The notes under the pieces are model-generated. The model searched no databases, was not told where the DNA came from, and saw only the letters and a program-made list of their open reading frames with translations. This document shows positions 19,825-29,066 of a stretch of 64,000 nt of DNA, piece by piece; position 1 is the first letter of the stretch; each line of letters opens with the position of its first letter. The position numbers were made by a program, and so were the translations under genes. The DNA lies in NCBI GenBank assembly GCA_017405875.1, contig JAFQZM010000033.1, positions 45,549 through 109,548 of the forward strand, read 5' to 3'. Source of the DNA: a bacterium. Lineage in GTDB: Bacteria > UBP6 > UBA1177.

Positions 19825-22371
19825 ATGCTTTACGAACACAAGAAAATAGAGCCGAAATGGCAGAAAAAGTGGAGAGAATCGGGCGTTTTCGAATATAAAG
19901 GCTCGACCGATCCGCGTCCTAAATACTACATGCTCGAGATGTTCCCCTACCCGTCGGGCAGACTTCACATGGGGCACGTCAGAAACTATTCGATAGGCGA
20001 TGTCGTTGCGAGATACTACTTCAGAAAAGGCTTCAACGTCCTTCATCCGATAGGCTGGGACTCGTTCGGACTTCCCGCTGAAAACGCAGCGATCGAAAAC
20101 AAGATTCCGCCGGCAAAGTGGACTTACGCAAATATCGACAACATGCGCGAACGTTTTCACCAGCTCGGTTTCAGCTATGACTGGAGCCGCGAAGTCGCGA
20201 CCTGCAAGGCTGACTACTACCGCTGGGAACAGAGATTTTTCATCGAAATGTTCAACCGCGGACTGGTTTACAAAAAGAACAACGAGGTCAACTGGTGCCC
20301 GAAATGCAACACCGTTTTAGCAAACGAACAGGTTGAAAACGGCGTCTGCTGGAGACACGGCTGTCAGGTCGAAAAACGCAAAATCGAGCAGTGGTACTTC
20401 AAAATCACGAACTATGCGCAGGAACTTCTTGACTGCTTAGATGAACTCAAAGGCTGGCCTGACAACGTAAAAGAGATGCAGCGCAACTGGATCGGCAGAA
20501 GCGTCGGAACCTACGTTGATTTCAAATTTGCCGACAGCGACGAAACGGCGACAGTCTTTACGACCCGTCCCGACACGCTCATGGGCGTAACTTTCGTCAG
20601 CATGGCAGTCGAACACGAGTTTACGGCAAAATTTCTGGAAGAGGCTCCCAACCGCGCCGAGATGCAGGCATTTATCGACGAGGTCAAGCGTCTGCACCTT
20701 GAGACACGCGATGAAAACTACGAAAAGAAGGGATTCTTCACGGGCAAATATCTGATCCATCCGCTCACTGGCGAAAAAGTTCCGCTTTACTTCGCAAATT
20801 TCGTTCTTGCAGGCTACGGAACAGGTATCGTCATGGCGGTTCCGTCACACGACCAGCGCGATTTCGACTTTGCCAAAAAGTATAATCTTCCCGTCAAAGT
20901 CGTCATCAAACCTAAAGATAGAGACCTTGAACTGCCGCTTACCGAGGCTTACACCGAACCCGGCGTTCTTGTAAACAGCGGAATATTCGACGGAATCGAT
21001 TCGATCGAAGCGAAAAAAGTGATCAGCGACCACGTCATCAAAGAGGGAAAAGGAAGAATCGGCATAAACTACAGGCTTAGAGACTGGGGCATAAGCAGAC
21101 AAAGATACTGGGGCGCACCGATCCCGATGATAAACTGCCCGAAATGCGGCACGGTTCCTGAAAAAATCGAGAATCTTCCAGTCAGACTTCCGGAAAACGT
21201 CGAATTTACAGGCGTTACGAGCCCGCTCAAGGATATGCCCGAATTTTACGAAACGACTTGCCCGATCTGCGGCGGCAAGGCAACGAGAGAGACCGACACG
21301 ATGGATACCTTCGTCGAAAGTTCGTGGTATCACATCAAATACTGCGATCCGAGAAGCGAGAACGAGCCTTTCTCACGCAGGGAAGTCGATCACGCAATGC
21401 CGGTAGACCAGTATATCGGCGGAGTCGAACACGCCGTAATGCACCTGCTCTACACACGTTTCTTCACGAAAGTGTTAGCAGATTTGGGCTATATCGGATT
21501 CCGTGAGCCGGTTAAGAACCTTCTTACGCAGGGCATGGTCTGCATGGAATCTTACTCCAATGATTCCGGATACTTATACCCTGATGAAGTTTATAAGAAA
21601 GACGGAAAATACTACACTATTTCCGATGATTCTCCTGTAAATGTCGGCAGAGTCGAAAAGATGAGCAAATCGAAGAAAAACGTCGTTGATCCGCTCGTTC
21701 TCATCGACAAATACGGCGCCGACACCGCAAGACTTTTCGTTCTCTTTGCAGCTCCGCCCGAAAAAGATCTCGAATGGTCTGAAGAAGGAGTCGAAGGCTG
21801 CAGCAGATTCCTCTCAAGGATCTGGAACATCGTCACCGCAAACGAAGAGCTTATCAGAAACTTTGCTGATCCGGAAAACGCTGAGGGAAACGGCAAGGAT
21901 CTCTGGGCGAAAACGCACGAAACAATCAAGAAAGTCGGCGACGAGATCGAAAGATTCCACTTCAATACCGCTATCAGCGCAATCATGGAACTTGTCAACG
22001 CGGCATACAAACTTAAGCCTGAAACCGACATCGAAAAAGCGGTTCTTGCTCAGGCTCTGCGCTCGATAATCCTTCTTCTCAACCCGTTTGCGCCGCATAT
22101 CACCGAAGAACTTGCCGAAATCTGCGGAATGAAGGCAGTCACCGAAACTCCGTTCCCGACAGTCGATGAAAACGCTCTAGTCAAAGACGAAATCCTTGTC
22201 GTCGTTCAGGTAAACGGCAAACTCCGCGACAAGATGAACTTCCCCGCAAACGTCACCGCGGCGGAAGTCGAAGCAGCAGTCAGAGCGAAAGACTACTCCA
22301 AATTCCTCAAATCAGGCGAAATCAAAAAAGTAGTCTACATCCCTGGAAAACTCGTTAACGTAGTCGGATAA
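19825..22371 (+). CDS. leuS: Leucine--tRNA ligase
   Basis: MFPYPSG, HMGH, GWDSFGLPAENAA, KMSKS motifs. Confidence 0.98.
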   Translation: MLYEHKKIEPKWQKKWRESGVFEYKGSTDPRPKYYMLEMFPYPSGRLHMGHVRNYSIGDVVARYYFRKGFNVLHPIGWDSFGLPAENAAIENKIPPAKWTYANIDNMRERFHQLGFSYDWSREVATCKADYYRWEQRFFIEMFNRGLVYKKNNEVNWCPKCNTVLANEQVENGVCWRHGCQVEKRKIEQWYFKITNYAQELLDCLDELKGWPDNVKEMQRNWIGRSVGTYVDFKFADSDETATVFTTRPDTLMGVTFVSMAVEHEFTAKFLEEAPNRAEMQAFIDEVKRLHLETRDENYEKKGFFTGKYLIHPLTGEKVPLYFANFVLAGYGTGIVMAVPSHDQRDFDFAKKYNLPVKVVIKPKDRDLELPLTEAYTEPGVLVNSGIFDGIDSIEAKKVISDHVIKEGKGRIGINYRLRDWGISRQRYWGAPIPMINCPKCGTVPEKIENLPVRLPENVEFTGVTSPLKDMPEFYETTCPICGGKATRETDTMDTFVESSWYHIKYCDPRSENEPFSRREVDHAMPVDQYIGGVEHAVMHLLYTRFFTKVLADLGYIGFREPVKNLLTQGMVCMESYSNDSGYLYPDEVYKKDGKYYTISDDSPVNVGRVEKMSKSKKNVVDPLVLIDKYGADTARLFVLFAAPPEKDLEWSEEGVEGCSRFLSRIWNIVTANEELIRNFADPENAEGNGKDLWAKTHETIKKVGDEIERFHFNTAISAIMELVNAAYKLKPETDIEKAVLAQALRSIILLLNPFAPHITEELAEICGMKAVTETPFPTVDENALVKDEILVVVQVNGKLRDKMNFPANVTAAEVEAAVRAKDYSKFLKSGEIKKVVYIPGKLVNVVG

Positions 22372-22374
22372 CAT

Positions 22375-22423
22375 TTCGACAGGCTCAATGACCGGTTGAT
22401 ATGGTTCCTGAGCTTGTCGAAGG
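22375..22423. repeat. REP-like palindromic element between convergent leuS and HAD genes
   Basis: TTCGACAGGCTCA (22375-22387) pairs with TGAGCTTGTCGAA (22409-22421), with one G-U pair. Confidence 0.7.
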
Positions 22424-22442
22424 AATCATTGCCAAACTTTGA

Positions 22443-23099
22443 TTAATTTTTATCAGCCAATTCAAGAAGTTCTTTCGGTTCAGTAATAAGAATGTCTGCT
22501 CCCAGAGCGACTAAATCCTCTTTTCTGCCGAAGCCCCAGAGACAACCGACCGAAGTGATTCCCGCATTTTTCGCAGTAAGGATATCTGCTTTCATGTCCC
22601 CGGCATAAACAGTCTGAGAAAGAGGAACTTTTGTAATTTCGGCAATTTCGAAAATCCCGTCGGGCGCCGGTTTGAGCGGAATTCCCTTACGCTCACCCAA
22701 GATCGCGTCAAAGTGAAATTCTCCGAGAATGGTTTCAGCGTTGAGCAGCGCGTATTTGTGTTCCTTGTTAGTAAGGACCGAGATTTTTACTCCTCTTTCG
22801 ACAAGCCCGGAAAGCGTCTCGCGGATTCCCGGAAACGGCGGGATCGTGCCTACCCCTTTTTCGTGGTAAAGATCCAAAACTTCGGGAAGAAGAGCGCTTA
22901 CCACATCTTCTGAAGTTCCCTTTGGAAGGGCGCGGCGCATAAGCATCCTCATTCCGTCACCCACAAAACCTTTGTATTCTTCAATCGTATGCGTCGGGAA
23001 ACCGTGTTTATGCAACACTTCGTTGTTTGTTCTCGAAATGATGTCGAGAGTGTCGAGCAGCGTTCCGTCCATATCGAAAATGATTGATTGAATCTTCAT
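22443..23099 (-). CDS. HAD-family hydrolase (phosphoglycolate phosphatase-like)
   Basis: FDMDGTLLDT motif I, LTNK motif II, KPAP, GDMKADI; GGAGGAG RBS. Confidence 0.92.
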   Translation of the reverse strand: MKIQSIIFDMDGTLLDTLDIISRTNNEVLHKHGFPTHTIEEYKGFVGDGMRMLMRRALPKGTSEDVVSALLPEVLDLYHEKGVGTIPPFPGIRETLSGLVERGVKISVLTNKEHKYALLNAETILGEFHFDAILGERKGIPLKPAPDGIFEIAEITKVPLSQTVYAGDMKADILTAKNAGITSVGCLWGFGRKEDLVALGADILITEPKELLELADKN

Positions 23100-23139
23100 T
23101 GCTCCTCCTGTTTTGGCGCGCATCTTGGCGGCGCAACAC

Positions 23140-23184
23140 TAAGGACCTTAAGGACTTTAAGAACCCTAAGGACCTTAACGATAC
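23140..23184. repeat. Five tandem degenerate 9-bp repeats (consensus TAAGGACCT)
   Basis: TAAGGACCT TAAGGACTT TAAGAACCC TAAGGACCT TAACGATAC, flanked by GGCGGCG (23127-23133) and CGTCGCC (23184-23190). Confidence 0.8.
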
Positions 23185-23280
23185 GTCGCCCAAACTACTG
23201 ATTTTAGGCTGGAAAGCAAGAGAAAGAGTTTGTTATTCAGTTTTTCCAAAAATTTTCTTTAATAGCGGAAAATTTTCATC

Positions 23281-23309
23281 TTGACTTTCAATTTATTCTA
23301 ATTTAAATT
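23281..23309 (+). promoter_or_regulatory. Putative sigma-70 promoter of radC
   Basis: TTGACT-17 nt-TAAATT. Confidence 0.45.
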
Positions 23310-23326
23310 CCAAAAGCGAGGTGATT

Positions 23327-23998
23327 ATGAAACAGATAAAGGATCTTTACGAAAAGGATAAACCGAGAGAAAAGCTGATTTTAAAAGGGGTTTCGGCGCT
23401 CTCAAACCGCGAACTTGTGGCACTCATTTTCGGCAGCGGCGGCAAGGACCATCCGCTTATGACTATTTCAAAAGAGATCGAAACTCTGCTTGAAAAGGAA
23501 AAGCTTGAAGCACTTGATATGAGAAAACTTTCTGAAATCCCGGGTGTTGGCACATCCAAGGCGTGCCAGATTTTAGCTGCGTTCGAACTTGCGAAACGTT
23601 TTTACATTGAAAGTGAAAAGCCCCTCATCAAAACTCCGCAAGACATTCTTCCGCTTCTAAAGGACTATGCCGAAAAGAAGCAGGAGCATTTTCTGACAAT
23701 CACTCTCGACGGCTCGAGACGGGTGATAAACGTCCATCTCACATTCATCGGAACTCTTAACTATGCGCCTCTCCACCCGCGTGAAGTTTTTGCCGCCGCC
23801 TGCACCGATCACGCCGCTTCGATAATCGTGGCGCACAACCATCCGTCAGGCACTCTGACGCCATCAGATGAAGACAGAGTCATGACAAAACGGCTTCGAG
23901 AGGCTGGCTTTATGATGGGGATCGAACTTTTGGATCACATAATTTTTACGAAAGGAAGCGGATTTTTTTCTTTTGCGGGAAACGGATTTTTGGACTAA
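23327..23998 (+). CDS. radC: RadC/UPF0758 JAB-domain protein
   Basis: KPREKL...LSNRELVA, HPREVF, AHNHPSG..PS.ED, LLDHII. Confidence 0.93.
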   Translation: MKQIKDLYEKDKPREKLILKGVSALSNRELVALIFGSGGKDHPLMTISKEIETLLEKEKLEALDMRKLSEIPGVGTSKACQILAAFELAKRFYIESEKPLIKTPQDILPLLKDYAEKKQEHFLTITLDGSRRVINVHLTFIGTLNYAPLHPREVFAAACTDHAASIIVAHNHPSGTLTPSDEDRVMTKRLREAGFMMGIELLDHIIFTKGSGFFSFAGNGFLD

Positions 23999-26900
23999 TG
24001 CATCTTGTTCATAAGACCTTTCCAGCTCTTTTTGAGCTCTTCGATATCGAGGTCTACAACGCTTTCGTCCTTAAGACCGCTTATTTTGAGGAATGTTCCT
24101 GAGGTTACTTCACCGATTTCGCTGCATTCGCACTCTTTCATGGCTTCCTTGAAGGCATCGGCGTTTTCAGGTTTTACCGAAACTAAGATTCGGCCGTTAG
24201 ATTCACTGAAAAGGAGGGTGTCGTTTCTTGTGACGTCGCTCGATTTTATCATTTTCTTGAGGTCTACTTTCGCGCCGAAGCCGCCGGAGAATGCCGATTC
24301 GGCAACTGCAATCGCAAAACCGCCGTCGGAAAGGTCGTGAGCGCTTGCTACAAGCTCACGCTTCATTGCTTCATGCAGAGCGCGGTAGCTTTTCATGAAC
24401 TTCGCCGAATCGACTTTTGGAACGAAACCTTCGTGTTTTATGCCGTGGTAGAGGTAGTATTCGCTGCCGCCGAGTTCGTCTTTCGTTTCGCCGATGAGGA
24501 AAATTCTGTCGTTTTCGTGTTTGAAATCCATCGTGACCATCTTTTCAACGTCGTCCATCTTTGAAATGAGTGTGAAAAGAAGTGTCGGCGGGATCGAAAT
24601 CTTGTTTTTGCCGCTGCCGTAGTCGTTGTGCATGCTGTCTTTGCCGCTGATGAGCGGAATTCCGTATTCGGTGCAGTATTTGTAAAGCGCTTTGTTGGAG
24701 CGGACAAGCTGAGCCAGTTTTGCCTTTCCGTCGTCATTCTTTTCGGCGTCGTAAATCGGATCGGGCCAGCAGAAGTTGTCGAGACCGCTCATGAAATCGG
24801 GGTCTGCACCGACGCATACCGCGTTTCTGACACCTTCGTCGATTACGCTTGCCGTCATGTGAAAGCAGTCGATATCGCTGAACGAAGGCTTGATTCCGTG
24901 CGAAACGACGATCGCGTTTTTCTTGAAGGGAGAAACTCTGAGAACGCCCGCATCGCTCGGTCCGTCGTGTTCGGCTCCGCAGAAAGGCTTGCCTGCGCTT
25001 CTTCCCTGAACTTCGTGGTCGTATTGTCTTACCCAGTCCTCTTTAGACGCGATGTTGACACGTCCTATCATATCGAGCAGAGTGTGGTTGAGATTGCTCT
25101 TTTCAGCCGGAATGAACTCTTTTTCGGGCTGTTTTTCGCGGAAATTCCAAACCGCTTCCAGGTGATATTTCGGGTTTCCCTTGTGCAGGAATTCCATTTC
25201 AAGGTAAGCAGCGCGGATGTCGTTGTAGTAGATTTCAAGATAACCGGTGTTCGTGTATTCGCCGACGATCGTTATTTCGACTTCGTGGATGTCCGCAATT
25301 TTCTTGAGTTCTTCGTATTTTTCTTTCGGAACTGAAAGAGTCATGCGCTCCTGAGCTTCCGAAATGAAGATTTCCCACGGCTGCAGGCCCTGATATTTGA
25401 GCGGAACTTTTTCAAGGTTTATTCTCGCGCCGCCTGTATCCTGCGCCATTTCGCCTACGCTCGAGCTGAGTCCGCCCGCGCCGTTATCGGTAATAGCGTT
25501 GAAAAGGTCTTTGTCGCGCGCTTCGAGAATGAAATCCAGCATTCTTTTCTGAACGATCGCGTCACCGATCTGAACTGCCGTGACGGGGCTTCCTTCGTGA
25601 AGTTCCTCGCTGCTGAAGGTCGCGCCGTGGATGCCGTCTTTTCCGACTCTGCCGCCCGACATGACGATGAGATCACCTGCTTTAGCCTCTTTTTTCCAGG
25701 AGGGTTTGCCGTTGAGTTCCATCGGCATGAGTCCGCCCGTTCCGCAGAAGACTAAAGGTTTGCCGAGGTATCTGTTGTCGAAGTAGATGGAGCCGTTTAC
25801 TACCGGAATTCCGCTTTCGTTGCCGCCGTCTTTGACGCCTCTGTGGACACCTCTGAAAATCCTGCCGGGATGGAGAAGTTTTTCAGGGATCTCACCGCGG
25901 AAGAACGGGCTTGCAAAGCAGAAAACATCGGTATTAAGTATCGGTTTCGCGCCCATTCCGCAGCCGATGATGTCGCGGTTTACGCCGACGATTCCGGTGA
26001 GTGCGCCGCCGTACGGGTCAAGTGCGCTCGGAGAGTTGTGGGTCTCGACCTTCATCGCAAAAAGTGTGTCGTCGTCGATCTGGACGATGCCGGCATTGTC
26101 GTCGAAGACTGATTTTATCCACGGTTTGCTCTCAAGCATATCCATCGTCGTCTTTTTGATGCACGATTTGTAGAGCGAGTGAATCTCCTCATTTTTCTCT
26201 GCGTTTTTGTCTTCGTATCTGATATCTGCCGCAAAAATTTTGTGTTTGCAGTGTTCGCTCCAGGTCTGCGCGAAAACTTCGACTTCGCAGTCGGTAGCTT
26301 CAGCCGACATTCCGTGAGCAATTCTCTCTTTGATGACGTCTTCGCGTCTGAAATAGTCGCGTATCGCCTTCATTTCATCGATATTGAGTGCCAGAACGCG
26401 CGATTTTGAAATCTTCATCAGGTCTTCGTCAGAAACGTCGAGCGCCATTTTTTCAACGGTCGGAGCAGTTTTGTCAACGACTCTCGGAACAGCGTTGCCT
26501 ATTCTCTGCCCTTTCGCCCACTGTTTCGCGCTGAGTATCGAATAGCGCTGGATGACACCGTTTGCAAGCAGGTCCGACGCGATTTTTTTGATCTCGTCTT
26601 CGCTGATTTTTCCGCTTATGAGATACTTTCTGCCGGAGAAGACCATGTCGTTTTCACCGATGTGGCCGAGGAATGTCTTGAGTCCCCAGAGAGCCGTTTT
26701 TCCTTCGTTGTCGGTAACACCCGGAAGGTAGCCCGTCTCGACGATCCAGTCGAAAGAGTAGTTGTCTGCCAGAACTTCGCGCGTTTCGAAAACTTCGGTT
26801 ATCGGATCTGCAAGAACTTCCGACGCAAACGCCGCAACCTGCTGCTGAGTCACATCCTCGCAGTCGATGAGATATACCTTGAGCATCTTGACATCGGTGA

Positions 26901-27000
26901 CCGTTTTGATTCCGAGATCTGTCTCGATCCTTCTTTTCCAAGTCAAACCCTGAGCGTCCTTCACATCTTCGTTCAAACCGACTTCAACTCTGAAAACCAT
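23995..27000 (-). CDS. purL: Phosphoribosylformylglycinamidine synthase PurL with N-terminal PurS-like region and no glutaminase domain
   Basis: QTWSEHCKHK, KVETHNSPS, GGRVGKDGIHGAT, DNGAGG, SEAQERM, ISGKDS, HDLSDGG. Confidence 0.95.
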   Translation of the reverse strand: MVFRVEVGLNEDVKDAQGLTWKRRIETDLGIKTVTDVKMLKVYLIDCEDVTQQQVAAFASEVLADPITEVFETREVLADNYSFDWIVETGYLPGVTDNEGKTALWGLKTFLGHIGENDMVFSGRKYLISGKISEDEIKKIASDLLANGVIQRYSILSAKQWAKGQRIGNAVPRVVDKTAPTVEKMALDVSDEDLMKISKSRVLALNIDEMKAIRDYFRREDVIKERIAHGMSAEATDCEVEVFAQTWSEHCKHKIFAADIRYEDKNAEKNEEIHSLYKSCIKKTTMDMLESKPWIKSVFDDNAGIVQIDDDTLFAMKVETHNSPSALDPYGGALTGIVGVNRDIIGCGMGAKPILNTDVFCFASPFFRGEIPEKLLHPGRIFRGVHRGVKDGGNESGIPVVNGSIYFDNRYLGKPLVFCGTGGLMPMELNGKPSWKKEAKAGDLIVMSGGRVGKDGIHGATFSSEELHEGSPVTAVQIGDAIVQKRMLDFILEARDKDLFNAITDNGAGGLSSSVGEMAQDTGGARINLEKVPLKYQGLQPWEIFISEAQERMTLSVPKEKYEELKKIADIHEVEITIVGEYTNTGYLEIYYNDIRAAYLEMEFLHKGNPKYHLEAVWNFREKQPEKEFIPAEKSNLNHTLLDMIGRVNIASKEDWVRQYDHEVQGRSAGKPFCGAEHDGPSDAGVLRVSPFKKNAIVVSHGIKPSFSDIDCFHMTASVIDEGVRNAVCVGADPDFMSGLDNFCWPDPIYDAEKNDDGKAKLAQLVRSNKALYKYCTEYGIPLISGKDSMHNDYGSGKNKISIPPTLLFTLISKMDDVEKMVTMDFKHENDRIFLIGETKDELGGSEYYLYHGIKHEGFVPKVDSAKFMKSYRALHEAMKRELVASAHDLSDGGFAIAVAESAFSGGFGAKVDLKKMIKSSDVTRNDTLLFSESNGRILVSVKPENADAFKEAMKECECSEIGEVTSGTFLKISGLKDESVVDLDIEELKKSWKGLMNKMH

Positions 27001-27009
27001 AATTTCCTC

Positions 27010-27459
27010 CTATAAATTTGAGATCAAACCAATCATTTTTTCGGGATCATTCGCCGCAATGAGCCCTGCGCGTATTTTGGCATTGCTGCATAAAACCGAG
27101 ATCTGGCTTATCAGCTTGAGGTAAAGCAGATTGTTCCCCTCAGGCACTATCAGCGTGAAAACAAGGCTCACGTCTTCGCCGTCGCTGCTTCCGTAAGGCA
27201 TTGGCTCTGCAAGCGAAATGAGTTGTACTACGACTTCTTTCGAGCCTTTTATCCGGCAGTGCGGAACTGCCACACCTTTGCCGATACCAGTTGAGCCGTA
27301 AGTTTCGCGCTCCGTCAGACTTTTAAGGACAGAATCTTTTGAGATCCCGGCGCACTTTTCAACGTTTTCGGCGATATATTCAAAAAGTTCTTCCTTCGTT
27401 TTTATGCCGGCATGACAGGCGACAAGCTCTTTTTTCAGAAATTTTCCTATTTTGCACAT
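27010..27459 (-). CDS. ptsN: PTS IIA component (Ntr-type)
   Basis: RETYGSTGIGKGVAVPHC phospho-His motif; directly after rpoN. Confidence 0.85.
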   Translation of the reverse strand: MCKIGKFLKKELVACHAGIKTKEELFEYIAENVEKCAGISKDSVLKSLTERETYGSTGIGKGVAVPHCRIKGSKEVVVQLISLAEPMPYGSSDGEDVSLVFTLIVPEGNNLLYLKLISQISVLCSNAKIRAGLIAANDPEKMIGLISNL

Positions 27460-27461
27460 AA

Positions 27462-28991
27462 TCAGCTCCCGACTTCGAATTGGTAGTTTCTTTTGCGCTC
27501 CCTTGCAAGCGGGATATTCATTTTCGAGCGGTATTTTGCAACGGTTCTGCGTGCGACTTCTATCCCTTCCTTGCTTAAAATGTGGGCGATGTCATCGTCG
27601 CTGTAAGGATTTTCGCGGCTTTCCCCTTCGATTATCTCGACGATTTTCTGCTCAAGCCTTTTGTTTGTCGTCAGGTTGTCGTTTACCTGCTTTACGAAGA
27701 AGTATTTCAGCTCGAAAATTCCGTGCGGAGTCTGCGCATACTTGCCGTTGGTAAGTCTTGAAACCGTCGCAATGTGACGTCCGATGTCATCCGAAACATC
27801 TTTCAGGGTAAGCGGCTTCAAAAATTTGTCACCATGCTCCAGAAACGCTTTCTGATGCGAGAAAATGCTTGCCGCGACCTGATAAAGCGTGCGGTTTCGG
27901 TCACTCACCGACTTGATTATCCACTCCGCGTTTTTGTATTTTTCGCGCATGAAGTGCTTTTCGCTGCGGCTTTTGACGTTTTTCATGTTGTCTTCGAAGA
28001 GCTCGGTTTTGAGAATTACCGTCGGCAGCATTTTGTCGTCGATATAAATCACCGGCTCGCCTTCACGCATGAAAACCATGAGATCGGCTTTGACGTATTC
28101 AGTCCGTTCCTGCTCGTAACCGAACGCGGGATAGGGAGAGGCGACGCCGCTTCTGAAGAAAAGCAGAAGTTCAGTAAGTTCAGACTGCGTAATACCCAGA
28201 CTTCCGCAGAGCGCATCGAAATTTTTCTTTACGAGAAGATCGAGCATCGTCTCGTCTTCAAAAAGGCGGTGGACAGATTTTTCAAATTTTTCGGGAATAT
28301 CGACCGAACCGTGCTCTATAAAAATGAATCTCAGATATTCGGGGAAATTGCGGCATCCGCAGCCCAAAGGTTCGAAATTTTTAAGGATTTCCCTCGCCTT
28401 CGCCACAGTTTCGACATCAGTCGCTATCTGAAGGGCGATATCCTCGTCGCTGTCGGCAAGAAAACCTCTCGCATCGAGGTTGTAAGCCATGTAAATGAGG
28501 ACATCCTTCAGGCTTTCAGGATAAGACGAAACTGAAATCTGGAAGTCGAGCGACTGGGCAAAACTCTCTTCTGCCGGAACCGTATTTTCAAAGTTGAAAT
28601 CGTTGGGAATATCGTTCGATTTTTTGAGGTTGGTCTCACCGAAATTGTTCGATGAAGTTTCCCGTATCTGCTCCCAGTCGAAATCTGCGAGAATCGAACT
28701 CATGTCGGCTGAATTGTCGTTGATTTGAAGCGGAACAGTTACATCAAAACTCTTCGTGTCGGCGGCTTCGGCTTCTTCACCGTGCTGCGGAACAGGTTCT
28801 TCCTGAATGCCGTCACCCCAGTCTTCGACTTCGAGAAACGGATTTTCCGAAACTTCTTCAAGAATCATTTCGCGCAACTCGAACTGGTTTTTGAGCAGCA
28901 TCTCAATGCTCTGACGCATCTGCAGAGTCATTCTGAGATCGGTTTTAAGAACCAGATTCTGCTGCTGCTGTATCTTCAAGGAAGAACTCAT
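27462..28991 (-). CDS. rpoN: RNA polymerase sigma-54 factor
   Basis: Q-rich region I, ENPFLE, LKPLTLKDV, RpoN box ARRTVAKYR. Confidence 0.97.
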   Translation of the reverse strand: MSSSLKIQQQQNLVLKTDLRMTLQMRQSIEMLLKNQFELREMILEEVSENPFLEVEDWGDGIQEEPVPQHGEEAEAADTKSFDVTVPLQINDNSADMSSILADFDWEQIRETSSNNFGETNLKKSNDIPNDFNFENTVPAEESFAQSLDFQISVSSYPESLKDVLIYMAYNLDARGFLADSDEDIALQIATDVETVAKAREILKNFEPLGCGCRNFPEYLRFIFIEHGSVDIPEKFEKSVHRLFEDETMLDLLVKKNFDALCGSLGITQSELTELLLFFRSGVASPYPAFGYEQERTEYVKADLMVFMREGEPVIYIDDKMLPTVILKTELFEDNMKNVKSRSEKHFMREKYKNAEWIIKSVSDRNRTLYQVAASIFSHQKAFLEHGDKFLKPLTLKDVSDDIGRHIATVSRLTNGKYAQTPHGIFELKYFFVKQVNDNLTTNKRLEQKIVEIIEGESRENPYSDDDIAHILSKEGIEVARRTVAKYRSKMNIPLARERKRNYQFEVGS

Positions 28992-29016
28992 AAGCCACCC
29001 GTCAAAAAAACGGAAA

Positions 29017-29044
29017 ATTATAATGCCAAAAAAGATGACGGCAA
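29017..29044 (-). promoter_or_regulatory. Putative sigma-70 promoter of rpoN
   Basis: TTGCCG-16 nt-TATAAT on the minus strand. Confidence 0.4.
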
Positions 29045-29066
29045 GATTTTTGCTATAAGAAAAGCT

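Noticed and set aside
23140-23184. CRISPR array
   Set aside because: 9-bp contiguous units with no spacers and no cas genes.
23327-23998. radC as a marker of a prophage or ICE
   Set aside because: Full-length chromosomal-type RadC with the N-terminal HhH region; no integrase or phage genes nearby.
29010-29035. Sigma-54 autoregulatory promoter (TTGGCA) upstream of rpoN
   Set aside because: No GC at the -12 position; the site fits a sigma-70 -10 box better.
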